Made by a program: the position numbers and the translations under genes
Shown: in pieces, positions 26,858-34,799 of the stretch
Numbering within the stretch: the stretch's first letter is position 1
Layout: each line of letters opens with the position of its first letter
Notes under the pieces: model-generated
Database searches by the model: none
What the model saw: the letters and a program-made list of their open reading frames with translations, nothing else
Told to the model about the DNA's origin: nothing
Source: Bacteroidales bacterium
GTDB lineage: Bacteria > Bacteroidota > Bacteroidia > Bacteroidales > UBA932
Length of the DNA: 64,000 nt
Direction of reading: 5' to 3'
NCBI GenBank assembly: GCA_009777095.1
Contig: WRMN01000004.1
Coordinates: forward strand, 77,475 to 141,474

Positions 26858-26865
26858 TATCTTTG
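26858..26865 (+). promoter_or_regulatory. -7 box TATCTTTG with no long ORF downstream
   Basis: Exact TAnnTTTG immediately after direct-repeat copy 2. Confidence 0.45.
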
Positions 26866-26906
26866 CAATTATTTATAAAAACCTGCCGCAATTCCGAAAA
26901 AATAAC

Positions 26907-26914
26907 TATCTTTG
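26907..26914 (+). promoter_or_regulatory. second -7 box TATCTTTG with no long ORF downstream
   Basis: Exact TAnnTTTG. The next long ORF starts at 27373. Confidence 0.45.
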
Positions 26915-27294
26915 TAGTGTCTTGTGAGAGACATGATATTTTGTGAAAAACACTGAAAGGTGTTTAGTCCTATTCTTGATACATGAATCTGACAGTTCAA
27001 ATCCAATAAAAGAATGGGCATTGTATTTGCAATCATATACCCTCGTATATGGTGCAATATTGTTGCTTATTTGATATTGGAGGGCAAGTCAGAGCCTATG
27101 TATCTCAAGTGAGGTTAATCAGTAGTGCACCTTTTCTTCCATTATTATAATTCCTTGAACTACTGGGGGAAGGAGGAAATACCATGAAAAATATCAGAGC
27201 GCCGACAGCATTCTCAACAACCGCCACGCAAACATTATTTTTAACTTAAAAAAAAATTATTAACTTTACACTTTAGAATTATGATAATCCGTTG

Positions 27295-27330
27295 ATGGTG
27301 GCACTTTTGGTTAATCAAAAGTACCACCAT
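27295..27330 (+). promoter_or_regulatory. 15-bp stem hairpin (1 mismatch, 6-nt loop) in the leader of the beta-barrel gene
   Basis: ATGGTGGCACTTTTG-GTTAAT-CAAAAGTACCACCAT, 43 nt upstream of the ATG at 27373. The right arm also reads TACTTTTG on the reverse strand. Confidence 0.55.
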
Positions 27331-27372
27331 TCTATAAGACTCGTTTTAACTAACAACTAAAAATAAAATAGT

Positions 27373-28035
27373 ATGAAAAAAGTAGTATTCATCACAATGT
27401 TTCTTGCCTGTCATGCCGTATCGTATGCACAAATCAATTACGGCGTTGAAATAGGAGGAGGATTCAGCAATATGAGGGTATCAAATCCGAATGTTACGGA
27501 AAAATTCGGGTTTCGCGGCGGGTTTAATCTATCTATTCTCACGAATTCGGTATATTATTTTGAAACCGGAATTGCTTATGAACGTAAAGGCGCAAAGCTG
27601 ACAGGATTTATACCGCACTATGCCGAAAACGTTCGTAATATGAATGTAGCATTTGATTATGTGGAAATTCCGCTACTGTTTGGTTTTAAGACAAGAAAAA
27701 AATCAGCGCTTACTTGGAAATGGGGCTTCTATTTCGCCTATGGATTTGGCGGTAGCGGACGCATTGCCTTTGACGACGGCAGCGGTCAATTGTTTGAGGA
27801 AAAAATCACGAATGTATTCAAAGATCAAAGCTATGTACGCAATGGCGAAACCTATGCTTTCCGTCCTTTCTCTCGATGGGATATAGGAGCAAAATTAGGT
27901 TATGACTGGCGTATCTTTAACCGCTTTAGTATTGGTTTATATGGAAGCATAGGATTATTAAATCTCGGACAACCCGACGATAAAAGAATGAGTAATGCCT
28001 CCGGCATTATATCTGTCCGTTATGCTTTTAAGTAA
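27373..28035 (+). CDS. small outer-membrane beta-barrel (porin-family) protein
   Basis: Signal peptide MKKVVFITMFLACHAVSYAQ, alternating beta-strand pattern, terminal aromatic motif VRYAFK. 220 aa. Confidence 0.7.
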   Translation: MKKVVFITMFLACHAVSYAQINYGVEIGGGFSNMRVSNPNVTEKFGFRGGFNLSILTNSVYYFETGIAYERKGAKLTGFIPHYAENVRNMNVAFDYVEIPLLFGFKTRKKSALTWKWGFYFAYGFGGSGRIAFDDGSGQLFEEKITNVFKDQSYVRNGETYAFRPFSRWDIGAKLGYDWRIFNRFSIGLYGSIGLLNLGQPDDKRMSNASGIISVRYAFK

Positions 28036-28127
28036 GCCCTTTAAGTACTAATAAAGATTGTTAATAATGGTTTAGTATAAAACACAAAGAGGTTGCTTTA
28101 ATATTTGATTGCGGCATCTGGCGGTTA

Positions 28128-31100
28128 TCAAATCAATAAAATCTTCTTCTTATTTACATACCACAAGTACCCTTCTACCGAGGCGTAGCCCATTGCTTTC
28201 AGACAATCTACATAGCTTTTGATTTGTTTTTCGTACTCGGGTTCTTCCTTCTCGCCGAATTTGTAATCGACCACTTCCACCTTTTCGCCGTGCAGCATAA
28301 TGCGGTCGGGGCGCAGTTGGTGCAGGCCTTCGCCGATGTCGGGCAACAAAATGTTCTTTTCGGAAAGCACCGTGCGGCTGCCGTCGAACCACCTTGCTGC
28401 TTCCGACTGTGCCAAGGCTGCGTTAACTTCCTGTCGGAGTTCGGCGATGGAATCGGCATCGCTTGGTAAGAAACCATTATCCACCAAGTCGGACACTGCC
28501 TTTTCAACATCGGCAGCAGTGTTGATGAGGGCAAAGGCGCGGTGCATCAAAATACCGTAATCGCGCAAGTTGCGGGAGGCGTTTTGCCCTTCGACGCTGT
28601 CGCGGTACCTCAGACGCAATCGGTTGCAATAAGGGAAAGAGGGGTAGTCGGCCATGTATTGTAATGCCGCCATCGGCTTTTGCGCAGGAGCAAGTTTAGG
28701 TGCTTTTACACCGCTTTCCCACTGTGCCGTTTGCAGCAAATCAAGCAGGGCGCTGCCCACATTATTAGCGCTGTTGTTGCCGGGCTTTGGACAAAACACA
28801 TAGAGTTCTTCCTCGGCGCGGGTTAAGGCCACATACAAAACATTCAAATTGTCGATATGACTTTGTACCTTTTCGGTGAAATAGTCCTTGCGGAAATGAG
28901 TTTCGGCTAAGGCCTTAACGTAGCCTACAGGCAGGTGGGGAATTTTGTTGAAAGGCGCATAGTTGCAGCCTACCCACAGCAATTCGCCCGATTTTTGCTC
29001 TAACGACCATGAACAAAAAGGAATAATAACAACCCTAAATTCTAAGCCTTTTGATTTATGAATGGTGAGTATTCGAATAGCGTCCTGATCATCGCTGATA
29101 GTCAGGGTTTGCTTGCCGCCGTTGGCCTTCCACCATTCGATGAAAGAATAAATATCATTGCTTTCTTTGATTGTATGCCTAAGAATGAGGTCGTGCAACT
29201 CTTGTACAAAGGGCATTTCTTCGGATTGTTGACTAAAATTAAACACACTGATAATATGCTCAATGGCTTCGCTTAGGGGCAGTTGCGCTATTTTGGCGCT
29301 TTCGGCCTCATAATTGGCCTGCGACTTATTTAGCCTGTGAAGATAATTATTGATGAGCGTTTGGTTTATGGCATCGTTCGGATATACCGATTGGTAGAGT
29401 AAGGCAATAATAAATTGCACTGCGGGAGAACGGTCGAGGAATAACGAGTCTTGAGAAATAATATTGAACCCATGTTCCAATAAAACCTCTGCTATAGCTT
29501 GCCCCTGTTTGTTGCTGCGTACCAAGAGGGCAATATCTGAGGAACGGTAGCCGCGGTGAAGCAGTTCGGCAATCAGTGGCGGCAAGCGTTGCAGCGCTTC
29601 GTCGGCAGCTTTGAGTTCTTCATCGCCCGTAAGTTGCTCTACATATACATAACCTTCCTTATCGGAATGCTTGGGCGACACCTGTTGAGCAGCGTTGTTG
29701 TAGGCATGAGTAATGGCAGTATATAAATGCGCTTCATTCTCGGAATTTTCGTTTTCATTCAGTTCAACATTCAGTTTTTCTTGCAACCGTTGCGGCAATT
29801 CGGAAAACACGCGGTTGTTAAATTCCACTACGGCCTTACTGCTGCGCCAGTTGGTGTCGAGGTTGATGTGTTGGCGGTTGAAGAAACGAAAATCATCATC
29901 AAGTTGATAAGCTAAAATACGCCAATCGCCGTTACGCCAACGATAGATAGACTGCTTTACATCGCCCACTACCATTGCCTTTCCTTCTTCGGCCATGCTA
30001 TTCTGCAATAGAGGTTTTATATTGTTCCACTGCATAGACGAGGTGTCTTGAAATTCATCTATCATAAAAGAACGGTAATGCGCGCCTGTTTTTTCATAAA
30101 CGAAAGGCGTATCGCTTTCTCCTATCAGTTCAGATAAAAGATGGAGCGAATCACTGATGGATAAAAGATTTTCTTCTGCCGAAATAGCGGTGATATTGTT
30201 GGCTATATCCGCTAAAAGCCCCATTTGGTATATGTTTTTCAGAATTTGAAGGGCTGTGTTATAATCTTTTAGTCCTGTAGAATATACCTGAATCGCTTGT
30301 CCTAATAAGCTATTCAGAGGAGTGTAAATAGCGTCTATAGTAGCATTTTTCAACTTGTCTTTTCCATACCATTCTTCAATATTGTTTAAAGCTTTAACAG
30401 CGTTTTTTCCCGGTTCATATTTTTTAGCTCGAATCTTGTGAAAATAATGGATAAAACAGTTGCGTTTATTTTTAAAATCGTCAACAACAAGCGCGTGTTT
30501 TTCTAATAATAACAAGGCTTCCTGAGCACAGTGCTTCAATTGCGCTTCAAAGTTTCTAACGATGGCTTTTAGTTCTTTTACATAATCCGATAAGAAATTT
30601 TTATCTTTTAAACTTTGCTGAAATTCCTGTCCTAACTGCTTAAATCTTTCCTTAAAAATTTCTTTTCCTGTTTCCTTGAGTTCTTTCCTAATATCCCAGC
30701 TTTCCCCATTTTCAATGCGCTCTTCCACTCGTTTACCGACCCAACTTTTTAATTGCGCATCATCAACAATTTGCTGTAATACTCTTTCTATGCCTTCGTC
30801 GAGCAAACGTTCAGTTTCGAGTTCTATAGCAAAGCCCGGCTGCAGTCCTGCCTCGTGCATAAAGGCGCGGACAATTTTCTGAAAGAACTTATCAATGGTA
30901 GAAACGGCAAAATGCGAATAATCGTGAAGTATGACTGTTTGTAAAGCGGTTGCCCGCTTACGCAATTCTTGAGGAGTAATGGCTAATTTTTTCACTAATT
31001 CATCGGCCAAACCGATGTTTCTGCCTAAGACCAACTCATGCAAGGTGTTGAGAATGCGGCTTTTCATCTCCTCGGCCGCCTTGTTGGTGAAGGTAACGGC

Positions 31101-31211
31101 TAAGAGGGAGCGGAATTGCTGCGGCGAAGGCGCCGCTAAGAGCCACTCTAAATATTGTCGGGTGAGGGTATAAGTCTTCCCCGAACCTGCCGATGCATTA
31201 TAAATATCCAT
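28128..31211 (-). CDS. UvrD/AddA-type helicase fused to a C-terminal PD-(D/E)XK nuclease
   Basis: MDIYNASAGSGKTYTL Walker A, DEFQDTS motif II, later helicase motifs (TIHKSKGLEF, VALTRAEE). C-terminal RPDRIML..VEVVDYKFGEK nuclease motif. 1027 aa. Confidence 0.85.
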   Translation of the reverse strand: MDIYNASAGSGKTYTLTRQYLEWLLAAPSPQQFRSLLAVTFTNKAAEEMKSRILNTLHELVLGRNIGLADELVKKLAITPQELRKRATALQTVILHDYSHFAVSTIDKFFQKIVRAFMHEAGLQPGFAIELETERLLDEGIERVLQQIVDDAQLKSWVGKRVEERIENGESWDIRKELKETGKEIFKERFKQLGQEFQQSLKDKNFLSDYVKELKAIVRNFEAQLKHCAQEALLLLEKHALVVDDFKNKRNCFIHYFHKIRAKKYEPGKNAVKALNNIEEWYGKDKLKNATIDAIYTPLNSLLGQAIQVYSTGLKDYNTALQILKNIYQMGLLADIANNITAISAEENLLSISDSLHLLSELIGESDTPFVYEKTGAHYRSFMIDEFQDTSSMQWNNIKPLLQNSMAEEGKAMVVGDVKQSIYRWRNGDWRILAYQLDDDFRFFNRQHINLDTNWRSSKAVVEFNNRVFSELPQRLQEKLNVELNENENSENEAHLYTAITHAYNNAAQQVSPKHSDKEGYVYVEQLTGDEELKAADEALQRLPPLIAELLHRGYRSSDIALLVRSNKQGQAIAEVLLEHGFNIISQDSLFLDRSPAVQFIIALLYQSVYPNDAINQTLINNYLHRLNKSQANYEAESAKIAQLPLSEAIEHIISVFNFSQQSEEMPFVQELHDLILRHTIKESNDIYSFIEWWKANGGKQTLTISDDQDAIRILTIHKSKGLEFRVVIIPFCSWSLEQKSGELLWVGCNYAPFNKIPHLPVGYVKALAETHFRKDYFTEKVQSHIDNLNVLYVALTRAEEELYVFCPKPGNNSANNVGSALLDLLQTAQWESGVKAPKLAPAQKPMAALQYMADYPSFPYCNRLRLRYRDSVEGQNASRNLRDYGILMHRAFALINTAADVEKAVSDLVDNGFLPSDADSIAELRQEVNAALAQSEAARWFDGSRTVLSEKNILLPDIGEGLHQLRPDRIMLHGEKVEVVDYKFGEKEEPEYEKQIKSYVDCLKAMGYASVEGYLWYVNKKKILLI

Positions 31212-31217
31212 AACTTA

Positions 31218-31225
31218 CAAAGATA
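31218..31225 (-). promoter_or_regulatory. -7 box TATCTTTG for the helicase-nuclease gene
   Basis: The reverse strand reads TATCTTTG-TAAGTT-ATG, which implies a near-leaderless mRNA. Confidence 0.45.
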
Positions 31226-31238
31226 CAAAATTATTTCT

Positions 31239-31246
31239 TACCTTTG
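31239..31246 (+). promoter_or_regulatory. -7 box TACCTTTG for the DUF5103 gene
   Basis: Exact TAnnTTTG, 14 nt before the ATG at 31261. Confidence 0.5.
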
Positions 31247-31260
31247 TAAAAAATAAGATT

Positions 31261-32544
31261 ATGCGTGGGTTTTATTATTATCTATTATTTCCTGCTTACT
31301 GCCTGTCATTGCGAGCGAAGCGAAGCAACCTTGTTGTTTACTCACTGTTGCTTACCGTATTTTGCTACGCCCAAGACCCTGATATCCGCAGCGTACAATG
31401 CTTTGTGGGCAATAATGAACTCACAGACCCTGTGATGGAATTAGGTGGAAACGAGAAAATTACACTTTGGTTTGACGACCTTAACGAAAAACGCGGCTCC
31501 CTGAAATATATCATTGTGCATTGTGATGCCAATTGGAATGAAGACCGCTTGTATCTGGCTGATTATATGGACGGTTTCGAGGAAAATTATTTGCGCGACT
31601 ATGCTCTTTCCTTCCAAACGAAAATAAATTATTTACACTACTCCTTGCAGATTCCTAATGAAGATGTACACCTGAAAGCCTCCGGTAATTATTTGATTAA
31701 AATTTTTGAGACAGACCGCTCGAAACCTGTGTTGGTGCAAGGTTTTTCTTTATATGAAAGAGGGAAGGTAAATATCAATTTGCGCACGAAAGGTCCTATG
31801 ATTACGGGTCAAGACTGTTTGCAGCAGTTGGAATTTTCAGTACAGCACCCGGCCTTGCCGGTGCGCGATGCTACTATGGAGTTAAAGGTGCGGGTAACGC
31901 AGAACGGCCTTCAGGTACCGGGAGTAGAATTGCCGCAGCCTTCGTTTATCGACCGCGGCGTGGTTTCTTACATCTTGGCCGATAAAAACTGGTACCCGGG
32001 CGGCAATGAGTACCGTGTTTTCGACACGCGCTCCTTAGATTTCGGCGCTCAGGGCGTGCAGATGGTGCGCCGCGATAACCAAGGCTACCCTTACGCTGTG
32101 TTAAATGTAGATGCACCTCGTGAAGAGCAGCGCTATAGCTTTTATAACGACCTGAACGGCAAATTCCGCATAGAAGCCTACCGCATGCGCAACCGCCAAA
32201 CCGAGGCCGAGTATGTGATTACCGCTTTCACTTTAGCCGAAGAAGAGCTGAACGGCGATGTATATGTCTTCGGCGAATTGTCGGGCTGGAACCTGCACCC
32301 CAATTTTAAAATGACTTATAATCTGGAAAGAGGCGCTTACGAATTGAACGTTCCCCTCAAGCAAGGCTATTATAACTATCGTTATCTTTTTGTTGATAAG
32401 TACGGCAATATTGACCCCAAGGCCATAGAAGGCTGTTTTGCTGAAACGGAAAACTATTATACCGTATGGGTTTATTACCGCACGGTGTACGACCGCTACG
32501 ACCGCTTGGTGGGTATTCACACAGTAGGGACGCTGCTTAACTAA
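31261..32544 (+). CDS. DUF5103-family protein (T9SS plug-protein-like)
   Basis: ITLWFDDLNEKRGSLKYIIVHCDANWNEDRLYLADYMDGF and SGNYLIKIFE blocks recall DUF5103. The C-terminal GYYNYRYLFVD is carbohydrate-binding-module-like. The 5-prime coding end contains a REP-like element, so the true start is uncertain. Confidence 0.55.
   Translation: MRGFYYYLLFPAYCLSLRAKRSNLVVYSLLLTVFCYAQDPDIRSVQCFVGNNELTDPVMELGGNEKITLWFDDLNEKRGSLKYIIVHCDANWNEDRLYLADYMDGFEENYLRDYALSFQTKINYLHYSLQIPNEDVHLKASGNYLIKIFETDRSKPVLVQGFSLYERGKVNINLRTKGPMITGQDCLQQLEFSVQHPALPVRDATMELKVRVTQNGLQVPGVELPQPSFIDRGVVSYILADKNWYPGGNEYRVFDTRSLDFGAQGVQMVRRDNQGYPYAVLNVDAPREEQRYSFYNDLNGKFRIEAYRMRNRQTEAEYVITAFTLAEEELNGDVYVFGELSGWNLHPNFKMTYNLERGAYELNVPLKQGYYNYRYLFVDKYGNIDPKAIEGCFAETENYYTVWVYYRTVYDRYDRLVGIHTVGTLLN
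31305..31329 (+). repeat. REP-like element GTCATTGCGAGCGAAGCGAAGCAAC inside the 5-prime end of the DUF5103 ORF
   Basis: Family consensus, translated in frame as SLRAKRSNL. Confidence 0.75.
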
Positions 32545-32663
32545 ACTTGCTTTTCAATCGGCTAAACAGTTTACGGCTCGGCTCAGACTGTCGCCAAATA
32601 ACAAAATAAGCAGAGCAAGGTTCTTTCACCTTATCTGCCCAAAAGACATAAAAATTAAAAGAA

Positions 32664-33065
32664 ATGATGAAATTCAACAATGTAAGATTATTAGTCAAAG
32701 ACTACGAGAAGTGTTTCAAGTTTTACACCGAAAAACTTGGTTTGGAAGCGGCTTGGAATTTAGAAGGCTGTTATGCAAGTTTCAAAGTAGCCGAAGGCAT
32801 TGAAGGTTTGGCGATATTCATGTCCGACCTCATGGCTCCCGCTGTCGGCAATGCGAACAGAAGTCAGCCGACCGATTGCAGAGAAAAAACGATGATATCG
32901 TTTGAAGTTGAGAATGTTGATGAAACTTACAAAGCACTTTTGACAAAAGACGTTACGTTCATTAATCAGCCAATTGATATGCCCGATTGGGGAATGCGCG
33001 TAGTTCATTTGCGAGACCCTGAAGAAAATTTGATAGAATTATTTACACCGTTGAAAACAGAGTAA
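32664..33065 (+). CDS. VOC-family (glyoxalase/bleomycin-resistance fold) protein
   Basis: 133 aa. N-terminal VRLLVKDYEKCFKFYTEKLGL and C-terminal VVHLRDPEENLIELF are typical of the VOC fold. Confidence 0.75.
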   Translation: MMKFNNVRLLVKDYEKCFKFYTEKLGLEAAWNLEGCYASFKVAEGIEGLAIFMSDLMAPAVGNANRSQPTDCREKTMISFEVENVDETYKALLTKDVTFINQPIDMPDWGMRVVHLRDPEENLIELFTPLKTE

Positions 33066-33142
33066 ATAAAATCAGCTGCAAGTTTAGAAAACAATTTTTA
33101 ATGAAGCTTTTGCTGCTCTTGCATTTTTGGAAATATAATGCG

Positions 33143-33150
33143 TATATTTG
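33143..33150 (+). promoter_or_regulatory. -7 box TATATTTG upstream of the 33254-34670 islet
   Basis: Exact TAnnTTTG, about 100 nt before the ATG at 33254. Confidence 0.4.
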
Positions 33151-33253
33151 AGGTGTTGTGCGTCAGCGGGAGACAGTACAGCGGACAATGAAGCGGAAAT
33201 TGATAGAAAAACAAGAAAATTGTGGTTAATATTATTAAATAAAAGATGAAATT

Positions 33254-33949
33254 ATGAGTATCAGTGAAATAAGCAAATATGAACGAAGAAGAAACCTACG
33301 CATAGTAGTATCTTTTACTGGAAGTGTTGTAGCAATGACGGTTTTATTATTGTCATTTACTACGTTCTTTGAAAAAGGTAGCAATAAAGAAAAGAATAAT
33401 AATATCTTACAATATGAAAGAGAATTTTTTACAACAACAAGTAATTTGATAAATAAATCTAACAGCTTGTTGATAAATATTGAAACAATTAAGAAAATAT
33501 TTAACTCAATTGATAGAAAATCTAATGGAGTGTTGTTCAAATATGGATTTATAAATGTTTTAGAAGACTATTCCATATCATTGATAACGGATACAAATCA
33601 GACTAATAATGATAATTTTTATTTAGTAATGGAGTTAATTAGTGAAGAATTAAAAGGAGAGCCATTTAATAACTTGAAATCTGAACAAAGAAGAATTTTG
33701 TTAAACTTACAAAGGGCAATAAAAAATAGCAATGTTGAAACAGGATTGTACAACCTAAATGAATTGAATGATATACTTAGAATTCAAAATGAACACGAAT
33801 ATGCTATTGAAAAACAGAATGCTTGGTCGATACCATTAGCGATTATAGGAATACTGATATCACTATTGTTTGGGATAAGCAGTTTTGTGAAATCAATATC
33901 TAAAAAAAGCAATAATAATGGTACTAAATTTTTTCAAATTTCGGATTGA
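33254..33949 (+). CDS. hypothetical membrane protein (N- and C-terminal TM helices)
   Basis: 231-aa very AT-rich ORF. Hydrophobic segments VVSFTGSVVAMTVLLLSFTTFF and WSIPLAIIGILISLLFGISSFV. No recognisable domain. Confidence 0.45.
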   Translation: MSISEISKYERRRNLRIVVSFTGSVVAMTVLLLSFTTFFEKGSNKEKNNNILQYEREFFTTTSNLINKSNSLLINIETIKKIFNSIDRKSNGVLFKYGFINVLEDYSISLITDTNQTNNDNFYLVMELISEELKGEPFNNLKSEQRRILLNLQRAIKNSNVETGLYNLNELNDILRIQNEHEYAIEKQNAWSIPLAIIGILISLLFGISSFVKSISKKSNNNGTKFFQISD

Positions 33950-34034
33950 TCTAAACGATATACGTAATCCACCTGAGCAATGGGACAATAAGATAAAAAC
34001 TTAAAGCAATGTATAATTAGTAAAAATAGGTAAT

Positions 34035-34670
34035 ATGAATAACTCAATGAACAAAATTGGAAAATTTTTGCGTGAAGTTTTAGTAATCGTGATTGGCATA
34101 GCCATTACGCTATCTGCAAGTCATTGGATTAGTAACAGGAACGAAAAAAGAGATATGGCTCTTTATTTGAATGCCGTAAAATTGGAATTGGAAGAAAATA
34201 TAAAAATTCTTCATGAAGAAAAAAAATACCTGCAAAAAGAGGTTGAATATGCTAACTATTTGAAGACAAATGACAAAAATTCGGTAAATTTTGACACAAT
34301 ACTTATTAACTACGGAAATAATATATGGAGTGTTCGGAAACCTAACTGTAATAGTTATGCTTTTGAAATGTTTAAGCTATCTGGCACTATGCGTTTTATA
34401 GGAGATAAAGAATTATTGCTAACCCTGTGGAAAGCCTATAACAGTTTATACTTAATAAGCAATATCTTGTTTGAAGAGGGTTTTCAATCGAAAACCGAAG
34501 AAATAAAACGGGAAATGTCATTGCTGTCACAGACAATACAAGGGAAGGAACTGACAACTATACCTATGTGTAATTATTATAGCAGTACCATTTGGTCTGA
34601 TAATATGCTACACAATTGTACTTTGATTTTGGATTTTTTAGAAAAAGCGATTTTGAGACTTGAGTATTAG
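34035..34670 (+). CDS. hypothetical membrane-anchored protein
   Basis: 211-aa AT-rich ORF with a single N-terminal TM helix (LREVLVIVIGIAITLSASHWI) followed by a helical domain. It resembles the N-termini of a widespread uncharacterised Bacteroidota family. Confidence 0.45.
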   Translation: MNNSMNKIGKFLREVLVIVIGIAITLSASHWISNRNEKRDMALYLNAVKLELEENIKILHEEKKYLQKEVEYANYLKTNDKNSVNFDTILINYGNNIWSVRKPNCNSYAFEMFKLSGTMRFIGDKELLLTLWKAYNSLYLISNILFEEGFQSKTEEIKREMSLLSQTIQGKELTTIPMCNYYSSTIWSDNMLHNCTLILDFLEKAILRLEY

Positions 34671-34799
34671 AAATTGTTTAAATTTAACAAAAATTAACAT
34701 AATCACTTGTTAGCCAGTTGATTGATTAGATAATGTTTTATGTTTTTGTTTAATTTCAATTATCGAATGCAGGTTTTTATCTCGAATTTACAGTTATCT

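Noticed and set aside
26995-27004. GTTCAAATCC, a tRNA T-loop-like decamer that might indicate a tRNA or tmRNA gene.
   Set aside because: The flanking bases (GACAG / CCAAT) cannot form a T-stem, and no acceptor, D or anticodon arms can be drawn. It is not a tRNA.
26869-27057. 62-aa reverse-strand ORF in the long region with no other long ORF.
   Set aside because: No promoter or start context, and it runs across two forward-strand -7 boxes. I treated the region as a candidate RNA or small-ORF locus instead.
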